The translations under genes were made by a program, and so were the position numbers. Source: Bacteroidales bacterium (lineage in GTDB: Bacteria > Bacteroidota > Bacteroidia > Bacteroidales > VadinHA17). From it: a stretch of DNA of 64,000 nt. Within the stretch, counting starts at the first letter, position 1; each line of letters opens with the position of its first letter. Of this stretch, positions 29,629 to 39,870 are shown in pieces. Where the stretch lies: positions 38,083-102,082 of the forward strand of contig JAVEXM010000002.1 in the NCBI GenBank assembly GCA_034004025.1. Reading direction: 5' to 3'. The notes under the pieces were generated by a model. That model worked only from the letters and a program-made list of their open reading frames with translations, was not told the origin of the DNA and searched no databases.

Positions 29629-30369
29629 ATGACAATAGGATCGACAGTCATCCATCATGACAGAGTGTCATCAACAAACAGCGTGGCCTCGGCAATGATG
29701 AGGGAGGAGAAGCCGGAGGAGGGTACCGTCATAACAGCCTCATACCAGGAGAGCGGGCGGGGCCAGGCGGGCAACCGCTGGGAGAGTGAGCCCGGCAAGA
29801 ACCTGCTGATGAGCGTAATACTCTATCCTGAGATGGTGAAGCCGGAAGAGCAGTTTGTGATACTGCAGGCCGTCTCCCTGGCTGTCCGTGACCTTGTCAG
29901 CATATATGCTTCCGACGTGGCTGTCAAGTGGCCCAATGACATTTATGCCGGGAAAGACAAAATTGCAGGTATCCTCATTGAGCACAGCATCATCGGTCAC
30001 AGGCTGGCTGGCAGTGTGGCAGGCATAGGACTGAACGTCAACCAGCGGGTCTTCACGGGCGGTGCCCCCAACCCGGTCTCACTTGCTATGCTGACAGGCA
30101 TCAGTCACGACCTGGCGCGCATCACCCGCGAGCTCACCGCACTGCTCGACAGCCGGTACCGCATGGTCACCGGTGGCGAGTGGTCAGGGCTTGCAGAGGA
30201 GTATCACAGGGCTCTCTTCAGAAGGGGTGGTTGGCACAGTTATACCGACAGCAGAGGTCTCTTCAGGGGCATGATAGAATCGGTCAGGAACGACGGCATG
30301 CTGATGATGCGCCGTGACGATGGCACTGTCAGTGAATACGCCTTCAAAGAGGTCGACTACATCCTCTGA
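29629..30369 (+). CDS. birA: Biotin--[acetyl-CoA-carboxylase] ligase (no N-terminal HTH)
   Basis: GRGQAGNRW motif and KWPNDI. 246 aa. Confidence 0.85.
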   Translation: MTIGSTVIHHDRVSSTNSVASAMMREEKPEEGTVITASYQESGRGQAGNRWESEPGKNLLMSVILYPEMVKPEEQFVILQAVSLAVRDLVSIYASDVAVKWPNDIYAGKDKIAGILIEHSIIGHRLAGSVAGIGLNVNQRVFTGGAPNPVSLAMLTGISHDLARITRELTALLDSRYRMVTGGEWSGLAEEYHRALFRRGGWHSYTDSRGLFRGMIESVRNDGMLMMRRDDGTVSEYAFKEVDYIL

Positions 30370-30790
30370 TCTTGTCGTAGCCACCGTAGCCCTCAATGGC
30401 ATCAATGAGTTTTTCCAGGTAGGCACCGGCTGAGTCACCCAGCAGCATGCGCATCAGTGGGTTCATGTTCAGGCCGGCGGTGACATAGAACGATGATCTG
30501 TTCCTTGAGAGAGGTTCTATCACCACCTGTACCGCTATCCTGCCAGTAAAAAAGGTCTCGGCATTGTAGGTGATCATGGAATGGGGCAGTGCCTCGGTGA
30601 GTGATGCAGACACCTTCCCGGCCTTGTCTGCCCTGAAACTGCACTGGTCTTCCGTGGCCTGCCATTCATCCAAAAAACCGTTGGGAATGACCGATTTGAA
30701 GTTGCGCATGTCGGTCAGGAAAGCATAGAGGTCGTCATCGCCCACCGGCACCTCTCCCTTCCTGCTGCTGTATGATGTCATTGCACTCAT
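30344..30790 (-). CDS. Hypothetical protein (SRPBCC/START-like fold suspected)
   Basis: I prefer the ATG at 30790 (MSAMTSY...) because it directly follows the pyrE stop. No motif recognised. The 3' end overlaps birA by 26 nt. Confidence 0.35.
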   Translation of the reverse strand: MSAMTSYSSRKGEVPVGDDDLYAFLTDMRNFKSVIPNGFLDEWQATEDQCSFRADKAGKVSASLTEALPHSMITYNAETFFTGRIAVQVVIEPLSRNRSSFYVTAGLNMNPLMRMLLGDSAGAYLEKLIDAIEGYGGYDKIRGCSRPL

Positions 30791-31425
30791 CCTTCCCTCC
30801 CCCACTCTGACGGCTCTTTTCTCCACTCCCGGAGGGTCTCCGCATCTTCCCGTGAGATGTATCCCGAGTCCAGGGCCATATCCACCAGGACAGAGTAGTT
30901 ACCCAGGGTGTCGAGCCTGCACCTCTCTGCGGCGAAAGCCTCCTCCGCCTTTCTGAAGCCATAGGTGAAGATGGCAATCATGCCCTCGACAGTGCATCCT
31001 GCCTCGCGCAGTGCCCTGACGGCTCCCAGGCTGCTCCCTCCCGTGGAGATGAGGTCCTCGATCACCACTACCCTCTGGCCCTCCTCGTAATAGCCCTCTA
31101 TCTGGTTGCCGAGGCCATGATCCTTGGCGCCCGACCTGACATAGATGAACGGAAGGCCCAGGGCGTCGGCCACCAGGGCACCGTGTGCTATCGCACCGGT
31201 GGCAACCCCTGCTATCACCCCGGCGTCAGGATAGAGCTGCCGGACCTTTGACACAAAGGCATCCCTGATGAAACTGCGAACCACGGGGAATGAGAGGGTC
31301 TTGCGGTTGTCACAGTAGATGGGTGACCTCCACCCTGAAGCCCAGGTAAAGGGTTTTGCCGGTTGTAATTTAATTGCTTTAATTTGCAGAAGGTATTCTG
31401 CGGTTAGCTTTGCAGTTTCGTCCAT
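30787..31425 (-). CDS. pyrE: Orotate phosphoribosyltransferase
   Basis: PRPP-binding motif VVVIEDLISTGGS. I prefer the start MDETAKLTAEYLL... at 31425. The track's longer ORF runs into the divergent NUDIX gene. Confidence 0.9.
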   Translation of the reverse strand: MDETAKLTAEYLLQIKAIKLQPAKPFTWASGWRSPIYCDNRKTLSFPVVRSFIRDAFVSKVRQLYPDAGVIAGVATGAIAHGALVADALGLPFIYVRSGAKDHGLGNQIEGYYEEGQRVVVIEDLISTGGSSLGAVRALREAGCTVEGMIAIFTYGFRKAEEAFAAERCRLDTLGNYSVLVDMALDSGYISREDAETLREWRKEPSEWGREG

Positions 31426-32043
31426 ATGCTGAGATATAAGGTTTACTTCGACAACAGGGTCATCACCCTCTCCCCCGAGCCCGACCGGGTGCAAAAATAC
31501 ACCCTTTTCCATAAATTCGGTGCCAGGGAGGAGCTGTTTGCCCAAATATCAGAGTTTGCCGTCAATAACGAGATACCATCGCTCAATATTTATTCAACCA
31601 ATATCAACAACCTCTGGAAGGTCTTCTCCTCGTGGTTCACCGTCATCGAGGCTGCCGGCGGCCTGGTGGGGCATCCCTCGGGAAAATATCTTTTCATCAT
31701 GCGTTATGGCAGGTGGGACCTCCCGAAAGGCCATATCGAAGAGGGTGAGACCCCGGAGCAGTGTGCGCTCAGGGAGGTGACAGAAGAGTGCAATATCCGG
31801 GGACACACCATCATGGGAACACTGCCCCCGAGCTACCATACCTATCTCTTCGACGGCAGGCCCTATATGAAGAAGACATGGTGGTTTCGCATGAGCTACA
31901 GCGGGGAGATGATAACCGAGCCGCAGGCCGAGGAGGGCATCACCCATGCCGAGTGGCTTGAACCCAGGGATATCGCCCGCATCAAGGACAACACCTTTCA
32001 GTCGTTGCTGGATCTTCTGAACTACACCCTGAGAATCAGGTGA
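31426..32043 (+). CDS. NUDIX hydrolase
   Basis: Nudix box GHIEEGETPEQCALREVTEECNI. Confidence 0.85.
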   Translation: MLRYKVYFDNRVITLSPEPDRVQKYTLFHKFGAREELFAQISEFAVNNEIPSLNIYSTNINNLWKVFSSWFTVIEAAGGLVGHPSGKYLFIMRYGRWDLPKGHIEEGETPEQCALREVTEECNIRGHTIMGTLPPSYHTYLFDGRPYMKKTWWFRMSYSGEMITEPQAEEGITHAEWLEPRDIARIKDNTFQSLLDLLNYTLRIR

Positions 32044-32520
32044 TCATCTTCCGAGATAGTCGGACAGATTAATGGAGGAGGGGACAAACATCGAAGCATC
32101 GCCCCCGTTCTTGATGATATCGCGCACAATGGTCGAGTTGACGGGAGTATGCTCTGTGCTTGTAAGCAGGAAAACAGTATCTATCTCGGGGGCCATCTTC
32201 CAGTTCATATGGCCCATGGCGCGCTCATACTCGAAATCGGCCGCGGTACGCAGTCCTCTCAGGATATACCTTGCGTTGTGACTGCGGCAGAATTCGACCG
32301 TCAGTCCGCTGAAGCGGGTGATCACCACCCTCTCTTCACCCTCAAAGACCTTTGCTATCATTTTGAGCCTCATCTCAATGCTGAAAAGGTTGTTTTTCTC
32401 AGCATTCTCACCGACAGCAATAATGACCCTGTCAAATAGCGGAAGTGCTCTTCTGACAAGCGCTTCGTGACCTACGGTAAAAGGGTCGAACGAGCCCGGG
32501 AAAACAGCTGTTTTGTTCAT
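32044..32520 (-). CDS. coaD: Phosphopantetheine adenylyltransferase
   Basis: PGSFDPFTVGH nucleotidyltransferase motif. 158 aa. Confidence 0.93.
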   Translation of the reverse strand: MNKTAVFPGSFDPFTVGHEALVRRALPLFDRVIIAVGENAEKNNLFSIEMRLKMIAKVFEGEERVVITRFSGLTVEFCRSHNARYILRGLRTAADFEYERAMGHMNWKMAPEIDTVFLLTSTEHTPVNSTIVRDIIKNGGDASMFVPSSINLSDYLGR

Positions 32521-32536
32521 GATTGCATTTTAACGG

Positions 32537-35005
32537 TTAATCGAAATCAATAGTCCTGGCATCAGCCACCTTCTGCCTTAGCAACACATGTTCAAGCACG
32601 TCCATGATTGTGTCAACGTACCTGAACTTCAGTCCGCGGACGTACTTCACCTTTATCTCTTCCACATCCTTGCGGTTCAGTTCCGAAAGAACTATCTCCC
32701 TTATCCCGGCACGCTTGGCTGCCAGAATCTTTTCCTTTATGCCTCCCACCGGGAGCACCTTGCCGCGCAGTGTGATCTCGCCGGTCATTGCCACATACTT
32801 CTTCACCTTACGCTGGGTAAAGGCGGAGGCAATGGATGCTGCCATGGTGATGCCTGCCGACGGGCCATCCTTGGGGATAGCGCCCTCAGGCACGTGGACA
32901 TGTATGTTCCACTTTTCGGCGAAGGTGTCGGGCAGTGACAGCATGGAGGCGTGGGCCTTCAGGTATTCCAGGGCTATCACCGCCGATTCCTTCATTACAT
33001 CGCCCAGGTTTCCGGTGAGGGTGAGGTTGCCCTTGCCCCTGCTCAGTGAGGTCTCCACAAAGAGTATCTCGCCGCCGGTGGCTGTCCATGCCAGCCCGGT
33101 GACCACGCCGGCCTGGTCATTGCCGTCATAGATATCCCTGAGATATTTGGGAGGACCAAGTATTTCAGCCACCTTCTCAGAGGTTACCGCAGCATCGGGC
33201 TTATCCCCGAAGGCTATCTCCCTGGCCCTGTACCTCACCAGCTTGGCTATACGCTTGTCGAGCTCCCTGACACCCGACTCTCGGGTGTAACGCTGTATCA
33301 ACTCCTCAATGACATCACCGGGGAGCAGGAACTGATCGTTCATGACGCCATGGGCTTCCAGCTGTTTGGGTATGAGATGCCTGACGGCTATCTCCCTCTT
33401 CTCCTCCACCAGGTAACCTGTCAGGGGAATCAGCTCCATCCTGTCGCGCAGGGCGGGACTGATGGTTGAGAGGGTATTGGCAGTTGCAATGAAGAGCACC
33501 TTTGAGAGGTCATACTCAAGTTCAAGGAAGTTATCGTAAAAATGTGTATTCTGCTCAGGGTCAAGCACCTCCAGAAGGGCGGACGAGGGGTCGCCCCTGA
33601 AATCCTGTCCCACCTTGTCTATCTCATCGAGGATGAAGACCGGGTTGGATGATCCGGCACGGCGTATGTTCTGCACCACCCTTCCCGGCATGGCGCCTAT
33701 GTATGTCTTGCGGTGTCCGCGGATCTCGGCCTCATCATGCAGTCCGCCCAGCGACATGCGGGCATACTTGCGGTCCAGGGCCCTGGCAACCGACCTGCCC
33801 AGGGAGGTCTTACCCACCCCCGGAGGTCCGTGAAGGCACAGTATGGGCGACTTGAGATCGCCCTTGAGCTTGAGCACCGCGAGATGTTCAAGTATCCTCT
33901 CCTTCACCTCCTCGAGCCCGTAGTGATCTTCATCAAGCACCCGCTGAGCATTGACGAGGTCGAGATTATCGACTGTATACTCGTTCCACGGCAGCTCCAG
34001 GAGAGTCTGGATATAGTTGACCTGCACAGAGTATTCTGCGGCGGCAGGGTTAAGCCGCGCCAATTTGTCGAGCTCACGGGTGAAGACCTTTGCCACATCC
34101 TCATTCCACTTCTTAGCTTTGCCCCTGGCACGGAAATCCTCCACCTCCTTGTCAACAGGATTGCCTCCCAGCTCGTTCTGTATGGTCTTCATCTGCTGGT
34201 GCAGCAGGAACTCACGCTGCTGCTGGTCTATCTCGTACTTGACCTTCGACTGCAGTTCGTTCTTCAGCTCAAGAAGCTGTATCTCGCGCACGAGATGCTC
34301 AAGCAGCCTCAGCCCGCGGTCACGGAGAGTAGCCGCCTCGAGAAGCCTCTGCTTGTCATTTACGTTTATCTCGGTGTTGGCACAGATATAATTGATGAGG
34401 TAGGTGCTGTTCTCAATGTTCCTGACGGCAAATGAGGCTTCGGAATTGATGTTTGGGTTGAGCTTGACGATCTTCACCGAGAGGTCCTTGAGCGATCCGA
34501 TGATCACCTCGAAATCCTTCTCATCCTCCCCGCCCCTGGCCTCGGGAATAGCCTGTAACTGCACCGTCATGTAGGGTTCGGTACTGACAACGTTCACCAC
34601 CGAGACGCGTCTGCGTCCCTGTATGATGGCCGTGGTGGTACCGTCAGGCATCTCCAGCAGCTTGACAACCTGTCCCAGGGTGCCCACGACGTTGAGGTCC
34701 TTTATCTGCGGGTCCTCCACCTCTGCATCGAGCTGTGCCACAGCTGCAACGAGCTTGTTGCCCCTGTATGCCTCACGCACCAGCTGCACCGACTTTGAGC
34801 GGCCAACGGCTATGGGTATCACCACGCCGGGGAAGAGGACCGTGTTTCGCAGCGGAAGCAGCGGAACAGTACCGGGTATCTCCACATCCTCAAGCTCATG
34901 GTCATCACCATCGGAAAGAATTGGAATTATCTCCCTCCCTTCATCAATCAGCTCGTGAAAGCCTACACCACTCCATTTCCCAAAAGCCTTTTTCTCCATA
35001 GTCAT
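32537..35005 (-). CDS. lon: Endopeptidase La (Lon protease)
   Basis: LON N-domain, Walker [10 protein letters not shown], and the catalytic [12 protein letters not shown]. Confidence 0.97.
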   Translation of the reverse strand: MTMEKKAFGKWSGVGFHELIDEGREIIPILSDGDDHELEDVEIPGTVPLLPLRNTVLFPGVVIPIAVGRSKSVQLVREAYRGNKLVAAVAQLDAEVEDPQIKDLNVVGTLGQVVKLLEMPDGTTTAIIQGRRRVSVVNVVSTEPYMTVQLQAIPEARGGEDEKDFEVIIGSLKDLSVKIVKLNPNINSEASFAVRNIENSTYLINYICANTEINVNDKQRLLEAATLRDRGLRLLEHLVREIQLLELKNELQSKVKYEIDQQQREFLLHQQMKTIQNELGGNPVDKEVEDFRARGKAKKWNEDVAKVFTRELDKLARLNPAAAEYSVQVNYIQTLLELPWNEYTVDNLDLVNAQRVLDEDHYGLEEVKERILEHLAVLKLKGDLKSPILCLHGPPGVGKTSLGRSVARALDRKYARMSLGGLHDEAEIRGHRKTYIGAMPGRVVQNIRRAGSSNPVFILDEIDKVGQDFRGDPSSALLEVLDPEQNTHFYDNFLELEYDLSKVLFIATANTLSTISPALRDRMELIPLTGYLVEEKREIAVRHLIPKQLEAHGVMNDQFLLPGDVIEELIQRYTRESGVRELDKRIAKLVRYRAREIAFGDKPDAAVTSEKVAEILGPPKYLRDIYDGNDQAGVVTGLAWTATGGEILFVETSLSRGKGNLTLTGNLGDVMKESAVIALEYLKAHASMLSLPDTFAEKWNIHVHVPEGAIPKDGPSAGITMAASIASAFTQRKVKKYVAMTGEITLRGKVLPVGGIKEKILAAKRAGIREIVLSELNRKDVEEIKVKYVRGLKFRYVDTIMDVLEHVLLRQKVADARTIDFD

Positions 35006-35088
35006 TGTAAACGATACAAATTTAGTTAAATTATATCACTCCTGTGCCTGCCACCTTAGGTGCCATGTGATGAGTGTCACCATTGCAA

Positions 35089-35120
35089 CAAAAAAAAGGC
35101 CGCCTTGTTTAAGGCAGCCT
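35089..35120 (-). terminator. Rho-independent terminator after rpmE
   Basis: On the minus strand, AGGCTGCCTT-AAAC-AAGGCGGCCT is followed by a T8 run (plus-strand A-run at 35090-35097). Confidence 0.7.
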
Positions 35121-35140
35121 CCCTGATGTATGAATATCAT

Positions 35141-35407
35141 CTACTTCGACTTCTTGCCCAGATGGTTCTTGTAACGGTTCATGTACTTGTCAACCCTTCC
35201 TGCAGTGTCAACAAGCTTCATCTTGCCGGTATAGAACGGATGAGAGGTATTTGAAATCTCAAGTTTGATGAGCGGATACTCATTGCCGTCCTCCCACTTG
35301 ATGGTATCACGTGACGAAGCTGTTGAACGGGTCATAAAGGAAAACCCGTTTGACATATCCTGAAATACAACCATCCTGTAATTCTTCGGGTGTATACCTT
35401 CTTTCAT
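35141..35407 (-). CDS. rpmE: 50S ribosomal protein L31 (type B, no Zn-ribbon cysteines)
   Basis: [17 protein letters not shown]...HPFYTGK. Confidence 0.9.
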   Translation of the reverse strand: MKEGIHPKNYRMVVFQDMSNGFSFMTRSTASSRDTIKWEDGNEYPLIKLEISNTSHPFYTGKMKLVDTAGRVDKYMNRYKNHLGKKSK

Positions 35408-35455
35408 CTTATGCTATAGTTTGTTACTGTAAAAAATCCCTTTAAAAGCGGAGTG

Positions 35456-35463
35456 CAAAGATA
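35456..35463 (-). promoter_or_regulatory. Bacteroidota -7 box TATCTTTG for rpmE
   Basis: The minus strand reads TATCTTTGCACTCCG, matching the TAnnTTTG consensus about 50 nt upstream of the ATG. Confidence 0.5.
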
Positions 35464-35505
35464 ATGAACAATAACCAAATTGCAAACAGAGAGTCAAAAA
35501 ATTTT

Positions 35506-36714
35506 TTACTCCTTCGCCCTCGCCTGCCGCTGATCCTGGTTCTCCTTCATCTCATCCTTGTACATGATGAACGGAAGGGATTGATCAATCATGTATCTCA
35601 TTGTAAGGTGGGTCTTTGCCCTTGCGGCACCGAGGGCCTCATAGATGGATATCATCTTTGGATTGAAATCGCCCACCCATGACAGTTCCAGCTCCCTGTA
35701 GAACCGTTTGCGGCGAAAGACGTGAAACAGCTCAAGGAAGATCGGAGACTCGATGCCGCTGTTCTGGTATGACGGATGGACACCGGCAACCAGGGCCCTG
35801 ACGCGGGTCATCTCGTGGGTCATCTTGTACCAGAGGAACCTGATCATGTTCCACAGGTTCAGCCTGCCGTTAAAATGCCTGAGGATCTGGTTGAGGTCGG
35901 GGAAGATAATAAAGAAGGCGACGGGCTTTTCATTGTGATAGGCAAACCATATCAGCTCAGGATCGATGAAAGCTTTGGCCTGCTGCAGGGTGTTGCGAAG
36001 CCGAGCCGGGTCAAGCGGGGTGAAATCCTCCTTGAAAACCTTCCAGGTCTCATTGTAGATCTCCACCATGTCGGCAATGAATTTATCATGTTTACCGTAT
36101 TCAAAATGGCGGTAGCTGTACCCGGGCTTCTTTGCTATCCATTCCGCAATCTTCATGAACCGTTCCGGGAAGACCTCCACGGATGCCACATCCTTGTGAT
36201 AGCTGTACTGCTCGAAATAGGTTTTAAATCCGTACTCTTCAAAGTAGCTCCTGTAATATTCCTTGTTGTATGGCATGCCAAAGCCCGGCTGCATGAAGCC
36301 ATCTGTGAGCAGTCCCCAGTGGTTGTCATTGTCGCCGAAGTTTATCGGACCGTCCATTGCCTTTATGCCTTTGTCAGCCAGCCATTGCCGTGCTGTGTCA
36401 AAGAGCATGAAGGCCGCCTCGCGTGATTCGATGACCTCGAAGAAACCGAGGCCTCCCGTAGGCTGCCTGTTGGCTTTCGAGCGTACCTCGTCGATGAAGG
36501 CCGCCACCCTGCCCAGGGTGTTGCCTTCATCATCGAGCAGCAGCCAGCGTGTGGCGACGCCGTGGCTGAAGGCGTAGTTCTTCTCAGGGTCAAAGACAGC
36601 CTCTATCTCGCTGTCAAGAGGGCATATCCAGTTGGGGTCATCCCTGTAGAGTCTTTTGGGAAAGTTGATGAACTCTCTCTTCTGTGCCTTACTGGCTACT
36701 TCCGCTATTTTCAT
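35506..36714 (-). CDS. GNAT-fold-like protein of unknown function (about 400-aa Bacteroidota family)
   Basis: The N-terminus MKIAEV...REFINFPKRLYRDDPNWICPLD...GRVAAFIDE resembles proteins usually annotated as GNAT family N-acetyltransferase. This is assigned from memory only. Confidence 0.45.
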   Translation of the reverse strand: MKIAEVASKAQKREFINFPKRLYRDDPNWICPLDSEIEAVFDPEKNYAFSHGVATRWLLLDDEGNTLGRVAAFIDEVRSKANRQPTGGLGFFEVIESREAAFMLFDTARQWLADKGIKAMDGPINFGDNDNHWGLLTDGFMQPGFGMPYNKEYYRSYFEEYGFKTYFEQYSYHKDVASVEVFPERFMKIAEWIAKKPGYSYRHFEYGKHDKFIADMVEIYNETWKVFKEDFTPLDPARLRNTLQQAKAFIDPELIWFAYHNEKPVAFFIIFPDLNQILRHFNGRLNLWNMIRFLWYKMTHEMTRVRALVAGVHPSYQNSGIESPIFLELFHVFRRKRFYRELELSWVGDFNPKMISIYEALGAARAKTHLTMRYMIDQSLPFIMYKDEMKENQDQRQARAKE

Positions 36715-36719
36715 CTCTT

Positions 36720-38222
36720 TCAGTAGTTTAGTTTAAACCACGACCTGACCGTCTCCCGCCCTGCGCCATTGTCGTCACGGTGCCTGAACTCGTTTGTCCG
36801 TCTGTTGTAAATGTAGTCTCTGCTCCACTCCGTTCCGTTCTCCCTGATCTCTTCCAGGGCTGCGACAGCCCATTCCAGCTCCCCGGAGGTCATTGTGGGA
36901 TGGAGTGACAGCCGTACCCATCCGGGCTTCTCCGACAGGTCTCCCCTGTTGATCATCTCGGTGATTCGGTGGCTGTGGTCATAGGTCACGTCGAGCAGGA
37001 AGTGTCCGTAGGTACCGGCGCAGGCACATCCGCCCCTGACCTGTATGCCGTACCTGTCGCTCAGCAGCTTTACAACCAGGTTATAATGCAGGTCATCCAT
37101 GTAGAATGATATGGACCCCAGGCGGTGTCTCACCTGCGGCGCCAGTATGTGAAGTCCGGGTATCCCCGAGAGTCCCTCCATGGCCCGTGCCACCAGTTCA
37201 TCCTCCCTGGCTCCGATGTTTGTGGTGCCCATCATCTCCTTCAGCTCCACGGCCAGAGAGGCCCTGATCATCTGCAGAAACCCCGGTGTGCCTCCATCCT
37301 CCCTTGACTCTATGCTGTCAACATACTTGTATTCACCCCACGGGTTGGTCCACTCCACGGTGCCTCCTCCGGGCTGGTCAGGGGCAGATGACCGGTAGAG
37401 CGACTTGTCGAAGATCATTATGCCCGACGAGCCCGGACCGCCCAGAAACTTATGGGGAGATAAGAAGATGGCATCGAGCTTCTCCATGGGGTCATCAGGG
37501 TGCATGTTGATGTCGACGTAAGGCGCTGAGGCCGCGAAGTCAATGAAGCAGAGTCCGCCGTTCTCATGCATGATACGGGCAAGAGTGTGATAGGGAGTGT
37601 AGATCCCCGTAACATTGGAGCAGGCTGAGAAAGAGCCTATCTTGAATTTCCGGTTTTTGTACTTGTCGAGTGCCTTCTGCAGGCTGGCAGGGTCAACGGT
37701 GAGATTTTCTCCCGGCTCTATCATAACCACATCGGCCATTGTCTCATACCAGGATGTCTGGTTGCTGTGATGCTCTATATGTGTAATGAAAACGACGGGA
37801 CACTCGCTCTCCCTGATACACCGTTCCGGCCTGGGATAGTTGCATCCCTTCAGCCCCAGGATCCTCTGGAACTTGTTGATCACAGCCGTCATGCCCGCCC
37901 CTGCGCCTATGAGCACATCATCAGGACCGGCATTGACGTGCTTCTTGATTATCTCCTGGGCGTGGTGATAGGCCCAGGTCATCACTGAGCCCGTCTCGGA
38001 GGTCTCTGTATGGGTATTGGCAACAAATGGCCCGAAGGCATCCGACATCTGTCTCTCTATCGGCCTGTAGAGACGTCCGCTGGCAATCCAGTCGCAATAG
38101 ACGATCTTCTTCATGCCGTAAGGCGTGGCATACTCCTGGTCTATGCCTATGATGTTCCTCCTGAACTCGCTGAAATATTTCTCTAACCGGCTGGTATTGT
38201 CGTGCATCTGAACCAACATCAT
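36720..38222 (-). CDS. Aminotransferase class V-fold PLP-dependent enzyme (cysteine desulfurase/selenocysteine lyase-like)
   Basis: PLP-lysine motif SPHKFLGGPGSSG and the active-site-like GGCACAGTYGH. Confidence 0.8.
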   Translation of the reverse strand: MMLVQMHDNTSRLEKYFSEFRRNIIGIDQEYATPYGMKKIVYCDWIASGRLYRPIERQMSDAFGPFVANTHTETSETGSVMTWAYHHAQEIIKKHVNAGPDDVLIGAGAGMTAVINKFQRILGLKGCNYPRPERCIRESECPVVFITHIEHHSNQTSWYETMADVVMIEPGENLTVDPASLQKALDKYKNRKFKIGSFSACSNVTGIYTPYHTLARIMHENGGLCFIDFAASAPYVDINMHPDDPMEKLDAIFLSPHKFLGGPGSSGIMIFDKSLYRSSAPDQPGGGTVEWTNPWGEYKYVDSIESREDGGTPGFLQMIRASLAVELKEMMGTTNIGAREDELVARAMEGLSGIPGLHILAPQVRHRLGSISFYMDDLHYNLVVKLLSDRYGIQVRGGCACAGTYGHFLLDVTYDHSHRITEMINRGDLSEKPGWVRLSLHPTMTSGELEWAVAALEEIRENGTEWSRDYIYNRRTNEFRHRDDNGAGRETVRSWFKLNY

Positions 38223-38279
38223 TTATATGGCTCAAATATAATTCTTTTTGATATCACTCTTTGGGAGCAGTGTCAGACC

Positions 38280-39626
38280 TTAATGAAGATCGATTATCCG
38301 GTGGTCGATGAGCACGAAGATAAGAATCAGGATCGCCGAGTGTATCAGCCAGCTGACGATGGGGATATATTCCCCCGGAGGAATCTTCATCTTCTTCCAG
38401 ACATACCATATGAGGAACAGCTTCTCCAGCGAGTAGACTATGAATGTTGCCAGCGCCACGCCAACGACGCCGTAGGGTCTTATAAGCATGAGGCTCAGCG
38501 GTATGTTTACTGCCAGCTCCACGGCCGCCGCGATAAGCGTGACCCGTGTCTTCCGGCGTCCGATGACTATTGTCTGCGGAAAAACCAGTCGGGGTATGAT
38601 CAGCAGCAGGTAGATCATGAAGACGTCGGCACTGCGTGTGAACTCCGGGGTAAAGAGGCGGGGGTAGACCCAGCGTGCCACCAGCATTGTAACTATTACA
38701 AGAGGAAAGAGGTATTTTATGAGCCTGTCAGACCTGGCGCGGAGTGTCACCAGTGCCGCCCTCATCCCCTCCCTGGTGCTGAACTGCGGCAGGAGGGCGT
38801 TGCTGAGGCCGTTGGCCAGCAGCAGCACCAGCGGAAACTCCTTGGCGCCGTAGCGATACATGGCGAAGACGCCGGGATCGGCATAGCGTATCGAGATGAT
38901 TATGCCGTCAACATACTGTGCCGAGCCGCTTATCAGAAAAGCCAGTATCAGCGGCATGCCCACCTTCATGTGCTCCTTCATGAAGTCGAACGATATTTCC
39001 GGCAGCGTATACCTTCGCAACAGTATCACCAGCCACACCCATCTGATGCCCGTGATGATGAAGAGACCCCAGACGGCGCTCTGCTCGTCGAACCCGGCCA
39101 GTACCGGCGCAAGCACCAGCAGCAGCTGTAATGAATAGGTATAGATACCATACTGCAGTATACGGTGAGGCCTCTTGTTGAGAAGGTATATGTATTCTAT
39201 CAGTGTGACGGGATTGCTAAACAGGATGTAGAGAAGGAGCATATTCGCGTAGGGTATCTCCGGAGACCTCCCCGGAACGGCCAGGGCGAATTTCATGGGT
39301 ATGCCCAGTGCGAAGACCAGGATGCTGAAAAACAGGATCAGCAGGAAGGCGTTGAAGATCTCGGGCGACTTGCGGCCCTCGGTCTCACCGTCTGTTCTGT
39401 AGGTCCGGTTGCGGCTGTAGAGGGTGAGCAACGACTGTATTATGCCTGTGACCCAGAAAAAGCTGAGAAGGCTGGAGATAAAGAGGAACAGCTCCCAGTT
39501 GCCTATCTGGGCACGCGAGAGGTGACTCTTGGTAAATACTATGCTTATTATGAGGAAGGTGACAAATCTCAGCAGCTGAACAGCCTGCAATCCTGATATG
39601 TTGTCTATGACTTTGAGCCTGGCCAA
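38280..39626 (-). CDS. MOP-superfamily oligosaccharide/polysaccharide flippase (Wzx-like)
   Basis: 448 aa with about 12-14 TM helices and flippase-like topology. No sharper motif recognised. Confidence 0.65.
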   Translation of the reverse strand: MARLKVIDNISGLQAVQLLRFVTFLIISIVFTKSHLSRAQIGNWELFLFISSLLSFFWVTGIIQSLLTLYSRNRTYRTDGETEGRKSPEIFNAFLLILFFSILVFALGIPMKFALAVPGRSPEIPYANMLLLYILFSNPVTLIEYIYLLNKRPHRILQYGIYTYSLQLLLVLAPVLAGFDEQSAVWGLFIITGIRWVWLVILLRRYTLPEISFDFMKEHMKVGMPLILAFLISGSAQYVDGIIISIRYADPGVFAMYRYGAKEFPLVLLLANGLSNALLPQFSTREGMRAALVTLRARSDRLIKYLFPLVIVTMLVARWVYPRLFTPEFTRSADVFMIYLLLIIPRLVFPQTIVIGRRKTRVTLIAAAVELAVNIPLSLMLIRPYGVVGVALATFIVYSLEKLFLIWYVWKKMKIPPGEYIPIVSWLIHSAILILIFVLIDHRIIDLH

Positions 39627-39782
39627 ACTTTCCCTGGTGTTGAAGCAGATTGGGGAAATAGCGGCAAAAAGTGTACCGCATCATTTTCGGGGTTCTAAGA
39701 TACTATTTGCCTGGCACGATAACAAAATTAATACAACTATTTGCGGAATGCATTTTTTGATGTTTCTTTGCACTCCGTAAAC

Positions 39783-39857
39783 GGTGGTTGTAGCTCAGTC
39801 GGTTAGAGCGCCAGATTGTGGATCTGGAGGTCGCCGGTTCGACCCCGGTCTTCCACC
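39783..39857 (+). tRNA. tRNA-His (anticodon GTG) with encoded G-1
   Basis: Manual cloverleaf: G-1, acceptor GTGGTTG, D arm GCTC/GAGC, anticodon arm CCAGA-TTGTGGA-TCTGG, T arm GCCGG-TTCGACC-CCGGT, 3' acceptor CTTCCAC, C73. There are two adjacent U-U mismatches in the acceptor stem. Confidence 0.85.
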
Positions 39858-39870
39858 CATTTCATGAAAG

